DNA from: an uncultured OCS116 cluster bacterium
GTDB taxonomy: Bacteria > Pseudomonadota > Alphaproteobacteria > Rhizobiales > TMED25
Direction: 5' to 3'
NCBI GenBank assembly: GCA_902632055.1
Contig: CACPAS010000001.1
Coordinates: forward strand, 13,434 to 77,433
Length of the DNA stretch: 64,000 nucleotides
Within the stretch, counting starts at the first letter, position 1, and each line of letters begins with the position of its first letter. A program made the position numbers and the translations under genes. Positions 58,441 to 64,000 of the stretch are shown here, piece by piece. The notes beneath the pieces are model-generated. The model made no database searches. It was not told the DNA's origin and was given only the letters and a program-made list of their open reading frames with translations.

Positions 58441-59763
58441 ATGGGTCTTGGTCTCACAAATATTGCAACAATAAATCAAGCACAAACGCTATCACCGCAG
58501 GTGCAATTAACAATAAAACTATTGAGTCTAAACAATATTGAGTTAGAGGGCTATTTGGAAAAAAAAATAGAGGATAATCCTCTTTTGATTGAAAACCAGA
58601 GTTCAAAAGAACAAGAGCTGAGGATTCAAAAATTTTCAGATAAGTACTCCAGAAATTCATCTAATTTAGATCTCTTGAACAATATCAGCTATGCGAAATC
58701 ACTAAGAGAACACCTTTTGGATCAGCTTCTCATCTCACGAATGAGTAACAAAGAAAAAATTATTGCAACATACCTCATTAATACTTTAGATGAAGCGGGT
58801 TACTTGACTGAAAATGATGAGATAATTTGTAATAAGTTGGGAATAGAGAATGAGATATATGAAGAAATTTTAAAAAACTTACAAAATTTTGAACCAACCG
58901 GTGTATTTGCGCGAACACTAAGCGAGTGTCTCCACTTGCAACTTCGGGAAAAGAATTTGGTAAATGATGATTTAAAAAAGCTCCTCATAAATATTGAGCT
59001 GATTGCAGAGGGTAATTTCAAAGAATTATCTTCCCGTTTAAATATCGGTAGAGAAGATTTATTCAGATTAATAAACACAATAAGAAAATGTAATCCTAAG
59101 CCTGGTTTAAACTACTCTCGTGATCCTCTTGAAATTATTGCGCCAGATATAATCATCGAAAAAAACTTAAGTGGTGTCTATTCAATAAAACTTGTACAAA
59201 ATTATTTTTCAAATATTACTGTTGACCAAACATATGATGATATAATTTCGGACTCAAAAAAGAAAAAAGATGAATTTATTACAAACCATTATCGGGATGC
59301 AAAGATGCTGATAAGCAGTATTGCACAAAGACAGAAAACTCTATTAAAAATTGCATATGAGGTAATGCTACAACAAAGGGATTTTCTTGAGAGTGGAATA
59401 AATCATATGCGGCCATTGAATTTGGATAAAATTTCAAAAATTACAAGCCTGCACATATCTACAGTGAGTAGATCTATTCAAAATAAATTTATTGAAACAC
59501 CTCGGGGGACATTTGAGATGAAATATTTCTTTGATAAAGGCACATATGGAGAAGAGAAAGATCGACAAATTTCATCAAAGACGATAGAGAATAGAATAAA
59601 GGAACTCATAAAAAACGAGACCTCATCAAATATTTTATCTGATGACAAAATTGTAACCCTATTAAAAAAATATGATATAAATATTGCGAGAAGAACAGTG
59701 GCGAAATATCGTACAAAATTGAATATTTTACCCTCATCAAAAAGAAAGAACCATTATCTTTAG
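58441..59763 (+). CDS. rpoN: RNA polymerase sigma-54 factor
   Basis: 440 aa. Gln/Leu-rich region I (LSPQVQLTIKLL), HTH region (STVSRSIQNK) and RpoN box ARRTVAKYR. Confidence 0.93.
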   Translation: MGLGLTNIATINQAQTLSPQVQLTIKLLSLNNIELEGYLEKKIEDNPLLIENQSSKEQELRIQKFSDKYSRNSSNLDLLNNISYAKSLREHLLDQLLISRMSNKEKIIATYLINTLDEAGYLTENDEIICNKLGIENEIYEEILKNLQNFEPTGVFARTLSECLHLQLREKNLVNDDLKKLLINIELIAEGNFKELSSRLNIGREDLFRLINTIRKCNPKPGLNYSRDPLEIIAPDIIIEKNLSGVYSIKLVQNYFSNITVDQTYDDIISDSKKKKDEFITNHYRDAKMLISSIAQRQKTLLKIAYEVMLQQRDFLESGINHMRPLNLDKISKITSLHISTVSRSIQNKFIETPRGTFEMKYFFDKGTYGEEKDRQISSKTIENRIKELIKNETSSNILSDDKIVTLLKKYDINIARRTVAKYRTKLNILPSSKRKNHYL

Positions 59764-59782
59764 CAATGTTTTTAAATAGGAT

Positions 59783-60784
59783 ATGACAATGACAATGAGT
59801 ATAGATATGCACACCCATGTAGCACCCAGAGAAGCTGTAAAGATTGCAGAGAGGGGAGGAACATGGCATGGTGTAGAATTTTACCGCGATAAAAATGATA
59901 AACTCACTACATCTTATGGAGATCTGAAGATGTCCTTACCATGGCCAAAGAAAATGGAAACGCCCGACGAAAGACTGAATTCCATGGATGCTCGTAAAAT
60001 CGATATGCATATACTTAGCATAAGCCCATTGATGCACTGGCATGGTCTAGATAATTCTAATGCGGTTGCATACGCTAAAGATGTAAATGATGATATCTCA
60101 GATTATACAAGTATTAACAAGGATAGATTTAAATCATTCTGTTTTTTGCCTTTACAAGATCCTGAAGCGTCTGTGATGGAACTTGAAAGATGCGTTAATA
60201 CAAAAAAGATGCTGGGCGCGATGGTTGCGACAAATGTAAATGGCATGGATTGGGACGACAAAAAATTATACCCTGTTTTAGAAGCGGCCAATGAGTTAAA
60301 ATGCTTAATTTTTTTTCATCCTACACGGGGCAGAGCTGACTCATGGTTAAAAAACTATCATTTACGTAACCTAATTGGTAACCCTCTGGAAACAACAGCT
60401 GCGATGGGATCTATTATTTTTGGTGGGATTTTAGATAAACTGCCTGACCTAAAGCTATGTTTTGCTCATGGTGGAGGTTTCATTCGCCAAGGAATAGGTA
60501 GATTTGATCATGGATTTATGGTTCGGGAAGAGGCAAATAAAAATATTTCAGCTCTACCATCTACTTATCTAAAAAATTTTTATTATGATACCATCACACA
60601 CTCTGAGAGTGGTCTAAGAAATCTAATCGATACTGTTGGTATTGATAAAATATTTTTAGGAAGTGACTATCCAGCTGATATGGGTGAACCTTATCCGTTT
60701 GACTTTGTTACGAATTGTCAGTCACTATCAGAAGAAGAAAAAAATAAAATCTTGAGCGAGAATATAATAGAATTTATTAAATAG
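59783..60784 (+). CDS. amidohydrolase-2 (ACMSD-like) family decarboxylase/hydratase
   Basis: 333 aa. IDMHTHV, FHP, CFAHGGG and GSDYP metal-site blocks. Three in-frame ATGs (59783/59789/59795) make the exact start uncertain. Confidence 0.8.
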   Translation: MTMTMSIDMHTHVAPREAVKIAERGGTWHGVEFYRDKNDKLTTSYGDLKMSLPWPKKMETPDERLNSMDARKIDMHILSISPLMHWHGLDNSNAVAYAKDVNDDISDYTSINKDRFKSFCFLPLQDPEASVMELERCVNTKKMLGAMVATNVNGMDWDDKKLYPVLEAANELKCLIFFHPTRGRADSWLKNYHLRNLIGNPLETTAAMGSIIFGGILDKLPDLKLCFAHGGGFIRQGIGRFDHGFMVREEANKNISALPSTYLKNFYYDTITHSESGLRNLIDTVGIDKIFLGSDYPADMGEPYPFDFVTNCQSLSEEEKNKILSENIIEFIK

Positions 60785-60794
60785 GAAAATTATT

Positions 60795-61205
60795 ATGACA
60801 AAAAAAGATAGTAATGACAAAAACAGCAAATTAGCAAAAGTATTTGCTGAAAGAAGGGACCACGTGTATCCCGCACATCAATGGCTTGCTGAAAAATTCC
60901 CAGAATATGTTCAAATTATGCTTGATTTAGATTTTGAAATAAGACAAAAAACAAAAATTTATGATGAAAAGATGCATGAGCTCTTTCATATAATCGCTCT
61001 TGCAGTTAAAGGTTCAAATCCTCATAATCAACCACATTTAAAAGCACACATAAAAAAAGGTTTGAAATTGGGTTTAAAGCCAGAAGAAATTGCTGAGGCA
61101 TTAATGGTTTGTGTCAATCCGGGAGGCGCAATGGTCCTCACTTACAGCGTTACATGTATGCTTGAGGCTATTGAAGAATTGAAAAAAGAGGGTTGGCACG
61201 GCTAA
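60795..61205 (+). CDS. carboxymuconolactone-decarboxylase (AhpD-like) family protein
   Basis: 136 aa, all-helical, with CMD-like spacing (ELFHIIALAV...HIKKGLKLGLKPEEIAEAL). Lies 10 nt after the amidohydrolase gene. Confidence 0.65.
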   Translation: MTKKDSNDKNSKLAKVFAERRDHVYPAHQWLAEKFPEYVQIMLDLDFEIRQKTKIYDEKMHELFHIIALAVKGSNPHNQPHLKAHIKKGLKLGLKPEEIAEALMVCVNPGGAMVLTYSVTCMLEAIEELKKEGWHG

Positions 61206-61214
61206 AATCGTGAA

Positions 61215-62318
61215 CTAAATGTTAGCTAGTGGAACAGGTTGCCCAGTTTCTGATGCTTCCGCCATAGCTAATGTTACAGCAAGTGTTTGTCGGGCTTCTG
61301 TTGCTGTAGTGAGATGACATTTTGCCCCAGTTGATTGAGAGTCGAGCCACTCCTTTGTCTCGTCTGCTATTCGGCCAAACATGATACCATCCGCCCACTC
61401 TCCAGATGATCTACTGCCTAAAAATGCTAAATTTAATTTTTGATCCGGAGCATACGCATTGCTGTACCCGTGTTCAGAATACATAATCTGGTCTCGATGA
61501 TCATCATCAATGAGTATGACGCCATCCCGACCCATTATCTCCAAGCGAACACTCTGACCTGTTGTCGGAAAACCTCCCGGTAGTGCATAGCATATATCAA
61601 ATGAAAAAACTGCTCCGGTTGAATATTTTACCATCGTTAAACTAATATCATCAACATCAAATCCTTGATCTCTGAATATGGTTCCATGACCCATTGCTTG
61701 GACTTCCACAGGAAAAACGTCTGGACCTAGGCACCAACCAATATAATCAACATTATATGTAATGATATCCAATATTGGAGTTGCTTCTGGGCATCTTTTA
61801 AGAATTTCCAACATATTTGTCCGCGTATTATAAACACGCGTCATACCACCTAATATTGGACCGAGCTTCCCTTTCGAAATCTCGTCGTGTGCCACAAAAT
61901 ATTTTTGAAGAAAACGCTGGGAATAACCAATACGTAAATCTACACCTTTTTCTTGAGCTAATCTTGATAATCTGTCGCCATCTTCGATTGTCAGAGCAAG
62001 AGGCTTTTCAACTAATACAGACTTGCCAGCATTTATTGCTGCTTCAACCGATTCTCTGTGTTCGTCTTCGGGTGTTGAGACAATTACTACATCAACTCTT
62101 GAGTCATTAATTAACTCCATATTATCTGTTGAGTATCCATTTGCCTTTGATGCTTCAGCTAATTTTCTTGCTTGATCTTCATTTATATCACCAACAACTA
62201 GATAACTTACAGCAGGATGAAGAGATGCCAATCTCGCTCTGTGTGAGCCCATTCTTCCAGAGCCTACTACTGCAACACCTAATTGACGCTTTTTGAACTC
62301 CCTTCCAGATAGAATCAT
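61215..62318 (-). CDS. Gfo/Idh/MocA family oxidoreductase
   Basis: 367 aa. N-terminal VAVVGSGRMG Rossmann motif and the EKP motif (VLVEKPLA). Confidence 0.85.
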   Translation of the reverse strand: MILSGREFKKRQLGVAVVGSGRMGSHRARLASLHPAVSYLVVGDINEDQARKLAEASKANGYSTDNMELINDSRVDVVIVSTPEDEHRESVEAAINAGKSVLVEKPLALTIEDGDRLSRLAQEKGVDLRIGYSQRFLQKYFVAHDEISKGKLGPILGGMTRVYNTRTNMLEILKRCPEATPILDIITYNVDYIGWCLGPDVFPVEVQAMGHGTIFRDQGFDVDDISLTMVKYSTGAVFSFDICYALPGGFPTTGQSVRLEIMGRDGVILIDDDHRDQIMYSEHGYSNAYAPDQKLNLAFLGSRSSGEWADGIMFGRIADETKEWLDSQSTGAKCHLTTATEARQTLAVTLAMAEASETGQPVPLANI

Positions 62319-63340
62319 GCAACGTCTTTCTTTGGAATTCCTCCCATCTCAACATAAGAATACCGCTCCATTAAGTCAGGTGCCAAATCTCTTCTGTGTT
62401 CTTTTGGGAAAGAAATCCACATTCTGAGCAGATGTCTTTTTAGCTTTGGATCATCATGATCTATAAAGTCCTCTCTAGCATGAAGAATTTGATGATTATT
62501 GATAAATTGTATATCCCCTTCGTTAAAGTCCATTGATAGACGAAGTGACTCACGTTCACCTATCTCCTGTACGACGTCAAGAGCCTCTCTCTGCAAATCG
62601 GTTAGCCCGAGATGCTCACCGTGACGTGTAACTGACTCAAAAAAAGCTCTTGATGTAAGACGAGATGTCAATTTTCCTCCAAAATGACTGTACATAGGGC
62701 ATGTATACCATGGCTGCTCACCCTCGGGATTTTCACCTCTCCAGTCTAGATTAAATGGGCTATGCAGCACATCTATTAAATCGGGTCTTTCTTCTCTAAT
62801 GACATTATGAATTGTTAACGCCGAGACAAGGAAGCTTGCCCCTCCCTTCTTTGCTTTTCTCTGGCAAAATAGGCCCACAACATCAACAGGCAGCTGATCT
62901 GAATGAAAATCCATTTTCAATGTAGTTTGATAAAGTCGTGTTGTAGGATCAGACATTTTCTTTCCTTCATCAGTGACATGACCTAGTAGATGCCCTCTTG
63001 TGTTTTGCGATACTGGTCGGCCTAGATGCAGGCCAATACCCCAGTAAATTAATTCGCATTCTGAGTCCGTATACCTATCACGATCAATTCCTCTTAACAG
63101 AACAAAACCTAATTTATTTTCTAAAACATCGTATAAGGACGTAATTTTTTTTGATAAATTCGGCAAGCTGAAGTCTTCTTTTTCAAATGGTATTTTTAGA
63201 TTACGCTCCTTTACTGATTGAAGTGCATTGTGTATCTCGTCGAGCTCTACTTTATCTAAATGTATCAGCCATTCACTTGAATTTTGAATATCTGGACCAA
63301 ACCATGCAGCCCTTTCTTTAATTAAATCACTATATGCCAT
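62315..63340 (-). CDS. TauD/TfdA-family Fe(II)/2-oxoglutarate dioxygenase
   Basis: 341 aa. HSD metal motif (MDFHSDQ), distal His in NNHQILHAR, Arg near the C-terminus. 4-nt overlap with the downstream oxidoreductase. Confidence 0.8.
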   Translation of the reverse strand: MAYSDLIKERAAWFGPDIQNSSEWLIHLDKVELDEIHNALQSVKERNLKIPFEKEDFSLPNLSKKITSLYDVLENKLGFVLLRGIDRDRYTDSECELIYWGIGLHLGRPVSQNTRGHLLGHVTDEGKKMSDPTTRLYQTTLKMDFHSDQLPVDVVGLFCQRKAKKGGASFLVSALTIHNVIREERPDLIDVLHSPFNLDWRGENPEGEQPWYTCPMYSHFGGKLTSRLTSRAFFESVTRHGEHLGLTDLQREALDVVQEIGERESLRLSMDFNEGDIQFINNHQILHAREDFIDHDDPKLKRHLLRMWISFPKEHRRDLAPDLMERYSYVEMGGIPKKDVA

Positions 63341-63341
63341 C

Positions 63342-64000
63342 CTAGTTTCTTTCCTTTTCTCTTAGTTTTGAAATGAAATACGAACTTGTAACCACAATAA
63401 TAGCACAGGCGATTGACGCTTGTAAAATATTATCCTTTGATACAAATGGTAATAAACCCTGAGTGCCGATATCAGTAAATAGTAGATGCCCAGCAATCCA
63501 TCCTAATAGAGCCCCACCGAACCATATTAAAATTGGCAACTTCGCAAATACTCTTAGCAGAAAAGCACTGCCAATGAATAGCAGTGGAATTGAGAATAAT
63601 ATTCCAAAAATAATTAGTATAACCGAACCATGGGCTGCAGCAGCTACAGCAAGTACATTATCTAAACTCATTGCCGCATCTGCGATTGCGATTGTAAGGA
63701 TAACTTTCCATAAGGTCCTTGCTTCGTCATGTTCTTTTGGCTCACTCTCCTTTTCTGGCAATATTAGCTTTATAGCAATCCAAAGTAATAAAACGCCACC
63801 AACAGTTCTTATGTATGGCATGTCTAGAATCAGTGTAATTATGCTGGCAAAAAATATTCTTAGAATTATTGCGGTTGCAACTCCAAAAACCATTCCAATC
63901 CTCTTCTGGTGATCGGGCAATCCGCGACATGCGAGTGCAATAACAATAGCATTATCGCCACTCAAGATTAAGTCAATCCATATAATCTGAAGAATTGGAA
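63342..64000 (-). CDS. TerC/YjbE-family integral membrane protein (5' end beyond window)
   Basis: The frame stays open to the window edge: upstream codons read ...PILQIIWIDLILSGDNAIVIA, so the ORF-track Met is an internal Leu codon. Both SGDNA and LDNVLAVA repeats of TerC are present. Confidence 0.8.
   Translation of the reverse strand, partial: PILQIIWIDLILSGDNAIVIALACRGLPDHQKRIGMVFGVATAIILRIFFASIITLILDMPYIRTVGGVLLLWIAIKLILPEKESEPKEHDEARTLWKVILTIAIADAAMSLDNVLAVAAAAHGSVILIIFGILFSIPLLFIGSAFLLRVFAKLPILIWFGGALLGWIAGHLLFTDIGTQGLLPFVSKDNILQASIACAIIVVTSSYFISKLREKERN

Noticed and set aside
59783-59809. Tandem ATGACA-ATGACA-ATGAG at the amidohydrolase start as a slippage or phase-variation repeat
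   Set aside because: There are only two and a half copies, all in frame. It simply creates three alternative ATG starts (MTMTMS...).
1-64000. CRISPR arrays, rRNA genes, insertion sequences, prophage or known defence-system genes
   Set aside because: Reading through the window on both strands I saw no periodic direct repeats. No ORF had transposase, integrase, Cas, restriction-modification or toxin-antitoxin motifs.

Overview
The window is a visibly AT-rich, very gene-dense chromosome segment. Spacers are mostly under 20 nt, several convergent or co-directional genes overlap, and only about a dozen spacers exceed 80 nt. Gene content and order look alphaproteobacterial: etfBA-hbd, argH-lipoprotein-lysA, ftsEX, CM-hisC-tyrC, metXW, infC-rpmI-rplT-pheST-lepA, rnd-lptCAB-rpoN. 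With the streamlining, this suggests a marine Pelagibacterales/HIMB59-like lineage, which is inference only. I call 72 protein genes (one runs off the 3' edge, one is a 50-aa lipoprotein missing from the ORF track) and two class-II tRNAs, Leu-CAA and Ser-GGA. I saw no rRNA, CRISPR array, transposase, integrase, phage genes or large repeats.

The layout has three parts:
- About 0-20.3 kb: an accessory-looking block of catabolic operons with no regulator gene, ending at tRNA-Leu.
- About 20.3-59.8 kb: core housekeeping genes.
- About 59.8-64 kb: a second small catabolic patch.

The best candidate for something undescribed is a translationally coupled pair of flavodiiron-core-like metallo-beta-lactamase-fold proteins at 14206-15854. 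Both lack a flavodoxin domain. One keeps about 5 of 7 diiron ligands and the other about 1 of 7. The pair lies between a catalytically intact HisD paralogue operon (PuuE-like hydrolase, SDR, cyclase, HisD-like) and a DMT transporter/TusA/DoxX group.

Other notable points:
- infC needs a non-canonical ATA start.
- FtsX has essentially no periplasmic domain.
- SelO is tightly coupled to a DUF2237 gene.
- A palindromic operator-like site sits in a divergent promoter.

All family assignments come from reading motifs in the translations by eye. No searches were run.
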